The notes beneath the pieces are model-generated. The model was not told the DNA's origin and ran no database searches. It saw only the letters and a list, made by a program, of their open reading frames with translations. Below, piece by piece: positions 1-9,042 of a stretch of 38,096 bases of DNA (position 1 is the stretch's first letter; each line of letters starts with the position of its first letter). The stretch spans positions 62,001 through 100,096 of the forward strand of contig NZ_MWQY01000017.1 in assembly GCF_002087085.1 (NCBI RefSeq), in the 5' to 3' direction. A program made the position numbers and the translations under genes.

Positions 1-1
1 A

Positions 2-946
2 TGAAGCCTGCTGTTTTGAGGTAATGCTTTTGTAACTGATACCGAGAAGCGGATTTCCGTTTTCATCATAGTCAGGAACCATTCTCAGTTCAAGTCTCTC
101 TCCGTTTCTCTCGACGGTAAGGCCGAAGCGTAAAGGGTGCCCCTGCAGGGCCTGTAGAAAATCAAGATGGTTACTGACCGGATGGCCCTGGACGGCTACA
201 ATACGATCCCCCGGACGAATACCTGCAGCAGAAGCGGGAGATCCGGGGCTGACCTCTTCAACCACCGCTTCGATCCAGGGGGATACTCCGATTATTCCAC
301 CGCCGGTCTGAGGGTTCAGCATTGGGGTAATGCTCAGGTTTAAAACTTCTCCGTTACGTTCCACAGAGAGGTCGGTTGTCTTGTCCGCCCGAATGGAGAT
401 AAGCTCCTGAATATCCCGATAATAGCTGACCTTCTCTCCGTCGATGCTGAGAATTCGGTCCCCCGTCTCGAGGCCTGCAATGTCAGCGGGATACCTGGAA
501 TCTCCGGAAGCGACGCTGCCGTATTCGGAAACGAGTATGATGCGGTTCCCGAAGGTCTGTATGCTGTAGCCGATTCCCCATATCAGGGAGAGGATAAGAA
601 CCGAAAAGAGAAGGTTGCTTACAGGGCCTGCCAGGAAGGTAATTATACGTCTCCAGGGGGCGACGGAAAAGAGAGAACCTTCTTCGGTCGTGATTCGAGC
701 GCTATCCGGACTCTCCCCGGGTTGAAGGTTTTGTTCTCCCTTCAGTTTGCAGTACCCGCCTATGGGCAGGGAGGATATTCGGTACTCGGTACCCCTGAAA
801 CTGAAGCGAACAAGAGGATTTCCCCAGCCAAGAGAAAAGGCCTCAACCTCGATACCCATAGCTTTGGCAGCCAGGAAGTGGCCGGTTTCATGAACAAAAA
901 TTACAATTCCCAGGCCGATAAGCCCGGCTACTATGGTAAAAAGCAT
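2..946 (-). CDS. rseP: RIP/site-2 zinc metalloprotease RseP (3' part runs off the window)
   Basis: Not in the ORF track. Hand translation from ATG 946 gives MLFTIVAGLIGLGIVIFVHETGHFLAAKAMGIEVEAFSLGWG, with an HExxH motif followed by PDZ-like segments; lies directly downstream of dxr. Confidence 0.92.
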   Translation of the reverse strand, partial: MLFTIVAGLIGLGIVIFVHETGHFLAAKAMGIEVEAFSLGWGNPLVRFSFRGTEYRISSLPIGGYCKLKGEQNLQPGESPDSARITTEEGSLFSVAPWRRIITFLAGPVSNLLFSVLILSLIWGIGYSIQTFGNRIILVSEYGSVASGDSRYPADIAGLETGDRILSIDGEKVSYYRDIQELISIRADKTTDLSVERNGEVLNLSITPMLNPQTGGGIIGVSPWIEAVVEEVSPGSPASAAGIRPGDRIVAVQGHPVSNHLDFLQALQGHPLRFGLTVERNGERLELRMVPDYDENGNPLLGISYKSITSKQQAS

Positions 947-952
947 TAAGCT

Positions 953-2098
953 CTATACTCCTTGTGCATCAAGCAGCTGTTCCGTGACTGCTCGCACCCG
1001 TAAATCGACTTCAAATACGTTTTGAAGGTCCCGGGGGGCATCGCTCCAGTCATGCTGCAGTACTGCTTCCACAACCTCGGCAATTTGAAGATATCGTATC
1101 CGCTCCCGAATAAAGCCCTCCACGGCAATTTCGTTGGCGGCGTTGTAGGCTGTCGGATAGGCGGCGGATTTACGGGAAGCTTCAAATGCGAGTTTCAGCA
1201 TCGGGTAACGCCGATAATCGGGTTCATAAAATTCCAGATTTTTACCCGCCAGGTCAAGAGGGGCAAAATCACTGACCAGGGTTTCCGGATACGAGAGGGC
1301 ATTGATAATCGGGTTCTTCATATCCGGCGCACTTACCTGGGCATAGAGAATGCCGTCACAGGTCCGGACCAGGGAGTGAACATAGGATTGCGGGTGGATA
1401 AGAACGGAGACCTTGTCGGTTTCCATATCAAAGAAACGTTCCGCCTCAATTACCTCAAGACCTTTATTGGCCATGCTCGCTGAATCGATGGTGATTTTTA
1501 TACCCATGTTCCAGGTGGGATGATTCAGGGCTTCCTGAACACTGACCCCTGCCAGCTCCTGAAGGGGGGTATTGCGAAAGGCTCCCCCCGAGGCGGTGAG
1601 AATAATCCCGCTTATCTCGGAATGCGGTCGTGACTTGAGAAGCTGAAAAACAGCGGCATGTTCCGAATCAACAGGAAGTACATTAACACCCTTTTTGCGT
1701 GCCTCCGGCAGAAGTATCTCCCCGGCCATGACAATTGTTTCCTTGTTGGCCAGAGCAAGGTGCATGCCGGCTTCAATCGCGGCGGCCGAGGGTGCGAGTC
1801 CGGCGGACCCCATGATGCCGTTAACCACAATGTCGGCGTCGAGGGATTCAATGAGCTGTACCGCAGCAGTGCTGCCGTAAAAATCGATTCCCTCCCGCTG
1901 TTCCGCCAGAATCCCGGTCAGAGCTGTCCTGGCCCCGGGATGGTTCCGGGCAATCTGAAGCAGTTTATCACTGTTGGTATGGGCGCTTAATCCGACAATC
2001 CGGAATTTCTCCGGAAAGGACGACAGTACATCCAGGGTGCTTGTTCCTATTGAACCGGTGGCTCCAAGTAAAATGACGCGTTTTGTTTTCATATTCAT
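953..2098 (-). CDS. dxr: 1-deoxy-D-xylulose-5-phosphate reductoisomerase
   Basis: LGATGSIG, LANKET, LPVDSEH, HPTWNMG, ITIDSASMANKGLE and NAANE motifs. Confidence 0.97.
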   Translation of the reverse strand: MNMKTKRVILLGATGSIGTSTLDVLSSFPEKFRIVGLSAHTNSDKLLQIARNHPGARTALTGILAEQREGIDFYGSTAAVQLIESLDADIVVNGIMGSAGLAPSAAAIEAGMHLALANKETIVMAGEILLPEARKKGVNVLPVDSEHAAVFQLLKSRPHSEISGIILTASGGAFRNTPLQELAGVSVQEALNHPTWNMGIKITIDSASMANKGLEVIEAERFFDMETDKVSVLIHPQSYVHSLVRTCDGILYAQVSAPDMKNPIINALSYPETLVSDFAPLDLAGKNLEFYEPDYRRYPMLKLAFEASRKSAAYPTAYNAANEIAVEGFIRERIRYLQIAEVVEAVLQHDWSDAPRDLQNVFEVDLRVRAVTEQLLDAQGV

Positions 2099-2934
2099 CA
2101 GGCAAAATACTTTAGGATAAGAAAGTATAACGGAGCGCTGAAAATGATGGAATCAATGGAATCCAGTATTCCGCCCCGTCCGGGAATAACATCACCCGAA
2201 TCTTTTATTACCGCTGAACGTTTTAATGTAGATTCAGCCAGGTCTCCTATGATAGCGGTCAATCCCACGGAAAAACCGGCTGCGGCGGCGATAAGAAAGT
2301 TGGAAAAAACCATCGGCAGCAGATAATGAATGAGCAGGGCTATCAATATGCTTACGACAAAACCGGATCCAAAACCGACCAGGCTTTTATTCGGACTGGC
2401 CTTGAAAAGACGGCGGGATTTCCTTCCGAAAAGGGAACCGAAGATGTAGGCCGCCGTATCGTTGGCAAAAACGAGAATCAGAAAGGAGAAAAGACGAATA
2501 CCGGGGTGATCCAGGCCGGTAATGCGGACGGCATAGATGGAAAAGAATGCAGGGTAGAAGAATGTGGTAAGCGAAGCGCCGATCCTCAGAAGGGACGAAC
2601 TGAAGTCGCTGTCTTCTGTACTGTTGATCTCCAGCATCAGGATAAGCATGATAAAAAGAACCGCATAATACTCAACGACAGAGGAAGAATAACTGTAATT
2701 GAGGCTGAGCCAGGTAATGAGAGGCAGCAGGGCGGCACAAAAAGGAACGACCCCGTGAACTGCAAAGCCCTTCTGCTTGAACAGATTTGCTGTTTCCAGA
2801 GAACCGAGATAGATAAATACAACCGCCAGCAGATTGAACGCCAGGTGGTTGGCCTGGGGAAGAAGAAGAATTATTGCGGAGATCCCGGGGACTCCAACAG
2901 CAAAGGTCAAAACTCTGGATTGTATGCTAGTCAT
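2098..2934 (-). CDS. cdsA: phosphatidate cytidylyltransferase
   Basis: Hydrophobic protein with SPNKS, GDLAESTLKR and IKDSGDVIPGRGGILDSIDS; lies between uppS and dxr. Confidence 0.95.
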   Translation of the reverse strand: MTSIQSRVLTFAVGVPGISAIILLLPQANHLAFNLLAVVFIYLGSLETANLFKQKGFAVHGVVPFCAALLPLITWLSLNYSYSSSVVEYYAVLFIMLILMLEINSTEDSDFSSSLLRIGASLTTFFYPAFFSIYAVRITGLDHPGIRLFSFLILVFANDTAAYIFGSLFGRKSRRLFKASPNKSLVGFGSGFVVSILIALLIHYLLPMVFSNFLIAAAAGFSVGLTAIIGDLAESTLKRSAVIKDSGDVIPGRGGILDSIDSIIFSAPLYFLILKYFA

Positions 2935-3632
2935 TCCGCTCCGCCGTAACGCCGTGTTCGGCCCTGATAGTCTTCAATGGCCTCATCAAGGTCGTCTCCG
3001 CGCCAGTCGGGCCATAGTTTCTCTGAAAAATATAGCTCCGCGTAGGCGGATTCCCAAAGAAGAAAATTTGAAAGTCTTTTTTCTCCGGCTGTACGAATAA
3101 TGAGATCCGCGTCGGGTAACTCGGGATTGTCAAAACAGCTTCTGAGACTCTCTTCGTCCACTCTTTTTTCTCCTTTCTCGAGGAGTCGATTAATGGCACG
3201 AAGTATCTGGTCCCGTCCGCCGTAATTGATGGCTATATTGACGGTAAGTCCGGTAAAGCCTGCGGTATCCTCCCCGACGGATATTAGTTCCCGCCGGACC
3301 TGTTCGGGAAGGTTGTCGGTGTCTCCGGTGTGTATGACCCGAATCCCCTTTTCCCGGTAAAAATCCATCTCTTTCCGGAGATATACATTTATAAGATTAA
3401 AAAGAAAATGCACTTCTTCCTGGCTGCGACGCCAGTTTTCCGTGGAAAAGGTGTAAAGGGTAACGAATTGTATGCCCAGCTCCGCCGCGCGCCCGATCAC
3501 CGCTTTGGCGCTCGTGAGTCCTTCTTTATGGCCTGCGGTCCGCTGCATCTTGCGCATTTTCGCCCAGCGTCCGTTACCATCCATTATAATGCCAATATGC
3601 TTCGGCAGGCGAGCCGGGTCTATTATGGCCAT
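2931..3632 (-). CDS. uppS: undecaprenyl diphosphate synthase (cis-prenyltransferase)
   Basis: HIGIIMDGNGRWA, FSTENWRR and IRTAGEKRLSNFLLW motifs. Confidence 0.97.
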   Translation of the reverse strand: MAIIDPARLPKHIGIIMDGNGRWAKMRKMQRTAGHKEGLTSAKAVIGRAAELGIQFVTLYTFSTENWRRSQEEVHFLFNLINVYLRKEMDFYREKGIRVIHTGDTDNLPEQVRRELISVGEDTAGFTGLTVNIAINYGGRDQILRAINRLLEKGEKRVDEESLRSCFDNPELPDADLIIRTAGEKRLSNFLLWESAYAELYFSEKLWPDWRGDDLDEAIEDYQGRTRRYGGAE

Positions 3633-3640
3633 GAATGAGT

Positions 3641-4195
3641 TTAGATCTCTAGGATCTCTTTCTCCTTCCTGTCGAGCTTTTCATTGATCTGCTCAATATA
3701 CTGATCCGTCAGCTTCTGGATGTCATCGGTTCCGCGCTTGACGTCGTCTTCCGTAAGATTTCCCTCTTTCTGCTGCTTTTTCAGATCATCGTTCGCATCC
3801 CGGCGGATATTGCGTACGGCGACCCGACCCTGTTCCGCGGTGCTTTTGGCAAGTTTAACCAGATCCTTGCGTCGTTCTTCCGTGAGGGGGGGGATGTTGA
3901 TGCGGATAACTTTACCGTCGTTGTTGGGGTTTACCGACAGCTCTGATTTGAGGAGGGCCTTCTCTATTTCGCCGAGAACGTTTTTATCCCAGGGCTGAAT
4001 AACTACCAGCCGGGCTTCCGGTGTTGAGATCGTCGCCACCTGGGAAAGGGGTGTAGGACTGCCGTAATACTCGACCTTCACCTTGTCAAACAAAGCGGCG
4101 GATGCTCGTCCGGTCCTGATGGCACCGAATTCGTCCTCCATGGCGGCGAGGCTTTTTTTCATGCGGTCTTCAGCACTCTTCTTTATTGAATCCAT
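3641..4195 (-). CDS. frr: ribosome recycling factor
   Basis: IRTGRAS, IPPLTEERRKDL and AVRNIRRD motifs. Start reassigned to ATG 4195 (MDSIKK), which follows a GGAGG Shine-Dalgarno. Confidence 0.97.
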   Translation of the reverse strand: MDSIKKSAEDRMKKSLAAMEDEFGAIRTGRASAALFDKVKVEYYGSPTPLSQVATISTPEARLVVIQPWDKNVLGEIEKALLKSELSVNPNNDGKVIRINIPPLTEERRKDLVKLAKSTAEQGRVAVRNIRRDANDDLKKQQKEGNLTEDDVKRGTDDIQKLTDQYIEQINEKLDRKEKEILEI

Positions 4196-4224
4196 TTTTC
4201 CTCCCTGCTGCTCTGCGGATAATC

Positions 4225-4251
4225 GGAAAGGCCCCACGTAAGGTGGGGCCC
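4225..4251 (-). terminator. GC-rich hairpin between tsf and frr (weak terminator or processing/stability stem)
   Basis: On the minus strand, GGCCCCAC-CTTAC-GTGGGGCC is a perfect 8-bp stem (4230-4250), followed only by TTTCC. Confidence 0.5.
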
Positions 4252-4270
4252 TGAAAGCATAAGCAGTCTG

Positions 4271-5110
4271 TTATTCAGCGCCAACGGCGTAATATACGTA
4301 CTCTTTTATGGTAATCTTACCACCGGCCTCTTTGGATACTTCGTCCATGACCTGGGAAACGCTCTTTTTCTCTTCTTTGACGAAACCCTGGTTTAAAAGA
4401 CAGATTTCCGCAAGGTGCTTGTTCAGCTTGCCCTTGACAATTCCCTGCACAACATTGTCGGGTTTATCAAGGTTCTTTGCCTGGGCGGTAAAAATATCCT
4501 CCTGCTCCTTCAGATACGCGGGGTCGACCGCGTCCTTGTCCAGGTACAGGGGGTTATATGCCGCTATATGGAGGGCAATATCGAAGGTAAACTCCTTTAC
4601 CCGCGAATTATCGGACAGTTCAGGTTTTTCGAGACCGAATTTGACCAGTACGCCGATATTTCCTTCGCCGTGAATATAATCGACGGCAAGCTCGTCGTCT
4701 GCAACTGACAGGGTTTTGAAGCGAGCTATGGTGATATTTTCCTTGATCTTGCTGACGACCTCGGTTACAAGGGCGTCCAGTTCGGGAGTTTTTTCGTTCA
4801 GCCCGTCTTCGGAGATCTTGCGGATAATATTTTCACCGCTCTCGATAAATTCCTTGTTCCGTGCGACGAAATCCGTCTCACATCCCAGCTCGAGAATGGC
4901 TGCCCGGGAGTCGCTCACCAGGGTGAAAACCCGGCCTTCGTTGGTAGCCCGGCCGCTTCTTTTGGCGGCGGCGGCAAGACCGAGTTCCTTAAGGATTTTT
5001 TCGGCCTTGGCAAAATCTCCGTCGGATTCGACAAGAGCCTTTTTACACTCCATCATGCCGGCGCCGGTTTTGTCACGTAATGTTTTTACATCTGCTGCGC
5101 TAATTGCCAC
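4271..5110 (-). CDS. tsf: elongation factor Ts
   Basis: VKTLRDKTGAGMMECKKAL and ELGCETDFVA motifs. Start reassigned to GTG 5110 with GGAG upstream. Confidence 0.97.
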   Translation of the reverse strand: MAISAADVKTLRDKTGAGMMECKKALVESDGDFAKAEKILKELGLAAAAKRSGRATNEGRVFTLVSDSRAAILELGCETDFVARNKEFIESGENIIRKISEDGLNEKTPELDALVTEVVSKIKENITIARFKTLSVADDELAVDYIHGEGNIGVLVKFGLEKPELSDNSRVKEFTFDIALHIAAYNPLYLDKDAVDPAYLKEQEDIFTAQAKNLDKPDNVVQGIVKGKLNKHLAEICLLNQGFVKEEKKSVSQVMDEVSKEAGGKITIKEYVYYAVGAE

Positions 5111-5120
5111 GTATATGCTC

Positions 5121-6083
5121 CTAATCTTCGTAAAGTTTGTCTTCGTCAACCAGGGCGACGGTCTCTTCTTCAGTTTCCTCTTCGTCGACGGTTTCGGTTT
5201 TTTCCTCTTCCTCCGGACTGTAGTCGGAGTAGTCCGCGTCGGTGAAGGACTGGTCGGTGCTGTCGTCTTCGTTATTGACCGCAGCGGCGACAGAGACGGT
5301 CTCTACCTCTTCGCTGTACTCAGCGTCATCCTTGTTGGGCGCTTCCTCGGAGTTCAGGTCCTCATCGTCGTCCTGCAGGGTCTCGATGACTTCGAGTCCG
5401 ATCTCGTTATCCGCTTCAACGACGGCATTGGCAATAATCTGGGTAAACAGTGTTATCGCGCGAATTGCATCATCGTTGCCGGGAATGGGGTAGTTGATAC
5501 CATCGGGATTACAGTTGGTATCGACAACCGCAATAATAGGAATCCCCATTCGCTGGGCCTCTGCCACTGCGATGGATTCTTTCTTCGTGTCGATGATGAA
5601 TACTACGCCGGGGAGATCCTTCATCTCCTTGATACCGCCGAGGTTTTTCTCGAGGCGGGCGCGCTCTTTATTCAGTTTCGATACCTCTTTCTTCGTCAGG
5701 CTTTCAAAGGTACCGTCGATTTCCATCTTCTCGATCTTCTTGAGACGAAGGATGGACTTCTTGATGGTTGAAAAGTTGGTGAGCATACCGCCCAGCCAGC
5801 GGTTGTTTACATAGTACATTCCGCAACGCTGTGCTTCACGCTCAATTGCCTGCTGTGCCTGTTTCTTGGTCCCGATAAAAAGGACCGATTTTCCATCATG
5901 AACCGATTTACGGACCACCTCGTAGGCTTCGCGAATAGCGGCGATGGTCTTCTGCAAGTCGATGATGTGGATTCCGTTCCGCTCGGCGAAGATATACTTC
6001 TTCATGCGGGGGTCCCAGCGCTTGGTCTGGTGGCCGAAATGGACGCCCGACTCAAGCAGGTTCTTCATAGTAACTACTGCCAA
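5121..6083 (-). CDS. rpsB: 30S ribosomal protein S2 with long acidic C-terminal tail
   Basis: [19 protein letters not shown] and IPGNDDAIR motifs. Start reassigned to TTG 6083 after GGAGGG. Confidence 0.97.
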   Translation of the reverse strand: MAVVTMKNLLESGVHFGHQTKRWDPRMKKYIFAERNGIHIIDLQKTIAAIREAYEVVRKSVHDGKSVLFIGTKKQAQQAIEREAQRCGMYYVNNRWLGGMLTNFSTIKKSILRLKKIEKMEIDGTFESLTKKEVSKLNKERARLEKNLGGIKEMKDLPGVVFIIDTKKESIAVAEAQRMGIPIIAVVDTNCNPDGINYPIPGNDDAIRAITLFTQIIANAVVEADNEIGLEVIETLQDDDEDLNSEEAPNKDDAEYSEEVETVSVAAAVNNEDDSTDQSFTDADYSDYSPEEEEKTETVDEEETEEETVALVDEDKLYED

Positions 6084-6098
6084 GGTTTCCCTCCTAGG

Positions 6099-6177
6099 CG
6101 CGGCTTTCACGCCGCTTCCTTCTCTTTAATTCTCACACCCAGTATAAGCCGGGGCCGTACACTGATATGGTGTGGAA
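6099..6177 (-). promoter_or_regulatory. structured rpsB 5' leader (candidate S2 autoregulatory element)
   Basis: Minus strand: nested stems CACACC/GGTGTG and CAGTGTA/TATACTG (6134-6174), then a GCGGC-GTGAAA-GCCGC hairpin just before the SD. Confidence 0.45.
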
Positions 6178-6180
6178 GAT

Positions 6181-6828
6181 TTACCGCTTCAGCATATGAA
6201 ACGGATAATTGAATGACCTTAACATGCCATAAAACGTCTGTATTGGCAAGCCCACCACGTTGTGGTAACTTCCTTTTAGGGCATGAATAAACAGCGCTCC
6301 CCGTTCCTGTATCCGGTAGGCGCCGGCGGCACCATCCCACTCCCCGCTATCCAGATACCATTCGATCTCTTCATGGCTCATGGAAGAAAACGCCACCTCG
6401 GTGCATACAGCTTTCATGGCTGATCTCTGTCCAAGGGTATCCAGGAGAACAATTCCCGACCATACCGTGTGAATCTCTCCCTCCAGAGCAATGAGCGTCT
6501 CCCGGGCCTCATCCCTGTCTGCGGGTTTTCCCAGAATTTGCGAACCGATACCCACCAGTGTGTCTACACCGAGTATCCATCGTCCATGATCCTTTCCTGA
6601 CAGACAGGATTCCGCCTTCAGACGGGCCAGGCGCAGGGCTTCCTCGTCAATTCTGTCTGAAACAAGGGACTCATCTATATGCTGAGGGCGCTGCAGAAGA
6701 GGGAAGCCCAGGCCGGACAGCATGGCCGAGCGTTGAGGTGAAGCCGATGCCAGGCTTATACGAATGTCCGGGGGAGGATTTTTCTGTTCCGCAGGAATAA
6801 TTTGCTGATTCATATTACCATATTGCAT
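6181..6828 (-). CDS. maf: Maf-family nucleoside triphosphate pyrophosphatase
   Basis: LASASPQR, GVDTLV, ILGKP, AGAYRIQ and GSYHNVVGLP motifs. Confidence 0.92.
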   Translation of the reverse strand: MQYGNMNQQIIPAEQKNPPPDIRISLASASPQRSAMLSGLGFPLLQRPQHIDESLVSDRIDEEALRLARLKAESCLSGKDHGRWILGVDTLVGIGSQILGKPADRDEARETLIALEGEIHTVWSGIVLLDTLGQRSAMKAVCTEVAFSSMSHEEIEWYLDSGEWDGAAGAYRIQERGALFIHALKGSYHNVVGLPIQTFYGMLRSFNYPFHMLKR

Positions 6829-7065
6829 TCAAAGGGATTTGAAAAGAAGCCAGGCAGCGGGCAGTCCCGCCAGGGTCCCGGGATTGACGCGAACCCAGAA
6901 GGATACAACGTGAATGTCAAAACCCACGGGACCTGCTTCCAGGCTGAAGGAAAAGCCGAGAAGGGACAGCAGCATTTCCAGGAGTGCCCAGGCAAGGGTT
7001 CCGGTAAGGGCACCCAGGAATAAGAGCCGGTAGAGGACGGGTCTGTTTTTCGCAGTCCACTTCAT
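6829..7065 (-). CDS. small membrane protein of unknown function
   Basis: 78 aa with two hydrophobic segments; overlaps the ABC-F stop and abuts maf. Confidence 0.7.
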   Translation of the reverse strand: MKWTAKNRPVLYRLLFLGALTGTLAWALLEMLLSLLGFSFSLEAGPVGFDIHVVSFWVRVNPGTLAGLPAAWLLFKSL

Positions 7066-9041
7066 TGATATACCGGGTTGATCAGTTTCTCGATGGCGGC
7101 TTCGGTTTCAGACAGTTGATGGGCAAGGGTTTCCCACTTTTCCTGGGCCTCTTCGATTCGAGTCCTCAGTCTGTTTATATTCGCCTGTACCTTTCGGGCG
7201 GCCTCCGGATCGGAATATACCCGGGGGCTTGCCAGGTTATCCTGGTCAAGGGAGATCTGCCGTTCAAGGTCCTCGATTTCCTCGAGAAGGGCTTCTTCTT
7301 CCCGGGAAAGCCTCCGGGAAGCCGCCTGCAGGTCCTTGAGCTGCTTCCTTTGAAGGCGGCTGTCGCTTATGCCGCCCTCCGGCGGCACTGCTGTATCTTC
7401 CTGCCTGGAGAGTTCCGCTGTAGCGGGCGATTCCCTCTCCTTGAGGGAACGATAGTAGGCGTAATCTCCGGGAAAATTTCTGCCCCTGCCGTTCTCTATT
7501 TCGAAGACCCTCGTTGCCAGCTGATCTATAAAGTAGCGGTCATGGGAGACAAAGATAAGGGTTCCTTCATATTCCTTCAGAACGTTCAGCAGAACGTCCT
7601 TGGTCTGCAGATCCAGATGGTTCGTCGGTTCGTCCAGGATCAGCAGGTTGACGGGATTCAAGAGAAGCTTGAGAAGGGCAAGCCGGCTTTTTTCTCCTCC
7701 GCTGAGGACGGCGAGCGGTTTGTATATATCGTCTCCCCTGAACAGAAAGGCTCCCAGAAGACCGCGAAGGGAGGGAATCAGGGCTGTAGGGGAGGAAGCC
7801 TCAATCTCGTCATAGATGGACCGCTCTGTTGTGAAGCTGCTCTCGAGATCCTGGTCAAAAAAACCGATCCGGACTCCGCTGCCGAGTTTGAGTTCACCTT
7901 CAAAGGCTGTATCCATCCCCGCCAGGATTCGCATAAGGGTCGATTTTCCAGCGCCGTTCTTTCCCACCAGGGCGAGCTTTTCCCCCCGCTGAATTTCAAG
8001 CTGAAGATCCGAGAAAACCAGATGATTCCCGTAGGATTTTTTCCCTTCGTAAAAACGGATAACCTGCCTGCCGCTGTGAGGAGGCTGGGGAAAGGAGAAG
8101 CGGACCTGCTTCATGTTTTCCGGTATCTGGATGGGTTCAATCTTTTCAAGCTGTTTAATACGGCTTTGAACGAGGGCAGCCTTGGAGGAGTTGTAACGGA
8201 AGCGCTGAATAAAACTCTCGAGGCGCGCGATCTCCTCCTGCTGTTCCTGGTAATCCTTATGAAGCTGTTCAAGTTCATGACTGCGCTGTTTCAGATAGGC
8301 GGAATAGTTACCCGTATACAGGGTGAGTTTCCCAAGAAAAAGCTCCGCCACCTTGTTTACGCAGGAGTCGAGAAAATACCTGTCATGGGAAACCAGGACA
8401 ATACCTCCGTCAAAACCGGAAAGAAATGCCTGCAGCCAGTCCCTGGCTTCAAGGTCCAGATAGTTGGTGGGCTCATCCAGAAGGAGAATATCCGGGGTCG
8501 TCAGCAGAGCCCTGGCCAGGGCAATGCGCATCTGCCAGCCTCCGGAGAAGGTTCCGCTGTCCTTTGAAAAATCATCCTTCGAGAATCCCAGTCCGGAAAG
8601 GACCTCATGTATCTTCTGCTCCCGCTGATAGTAGCCGCTGTGGGCTATCGCCTCTTCCAGCCGGTGCTGATGATGAAGAAGATCCTCGACTTCCGGATCT
8701 CCTTCCTTGCTGGATGCCAGACGGTCTTCAACCGCTGCTTTCTCCTCAAGCATGACATGAACATAGGCATAGGCCTTTTCTGCCTCGTCACGCAGGGAGA
8801 CACCCGAGTGTTCAAGTCCTGTCTGTGGAAGATAGGTCACCCGGGCATGAGGGCTCAGGAATGTCTCGCCGCTGTCCGCACTCACCAGGGCGGCGGCTAT
8901 CTTTAAAAGAGAGGACTTTCCCGAACCATTGGCCCCGGTCAGGGCTATACGATCTTTTGAATCAATGCGCAGGGTGACACCCTCAAGAACGTCCCGGTCA
9001 CCGTAGGCGAGGGATATACTGCTCAGCTGAAGAAAAGACAT
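7062..9041 (-). CDS. ABC-F family ribosome-associated ATPase
   Basis: Two NBDs (GANGSGKS/FSGGWQMR/DEPTN and GKNGAGKS/LSGGEKSR/DEPTNHLD), an inter-domain linker, a C-terminal coiled coil and no TM segments. Confidence 0.95.
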   Translation of the reverse strand: MSFLQLSSISLAYGDRDVLEGVTLRIDSKDRIALTGANGSGKSSLLKIAAALVSADSGETFLSPHARVTYLPQTGLEHSGVSLRDEAEKAYAYVHVMLEEKAAVEDRLASSKEGDPEVEDLLHHQHRLEEAIAHSGYYQREQKIHEVLSGLGFSKDDFSKDSGTFSGGWQMRIALARALLTTPDILLLDEPTNYLDLEARDWLQAFLSGFDGGIVLVSHDRYFLDSCVNKVAELFLGKLTLYTGNYSAYLKQRSHELEQLHKDYQEQQEEIARLESFIQRFRYNSSKAALVQSRIKQLEKIEPIQIPENMKQVRFSFPQPPHSGRQVIRFYEGKKSYGNHLVFSDLQLEIQRGEKLALVGKNGAGKSTLMRILAGMDTAFEGELKLGSGVRIGFFDQDLESSFTTERSIYDEIEASSPTALIPSLRGLLGAFLFRGDDIYKPLAVLSGGEKSRLALLKLLLNPVNLLILDEPTNHLDLQTKDVLLNVLKEYEGTLIFVSHDRYFIDQLATRVFEIENGRGRNFPGDYAYYRSLKERESPATAELSRQEDTAVPPEGGISDSRLQRKQLKDLQAASRRLSREEEALLEEIEDLERQISLDQDNLASPRVYSDPEAARKVQANINRLRTRIEEAQEKWETLAHQLSETEAAIEKLINPVYQ

Positions 9042-9042
9042 A

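Noticed and set aside
722..949. 75-aa plus-strand ORF
   Set aside because: It is antisense to the rseP 5' end, which has a clear HExxH motif.
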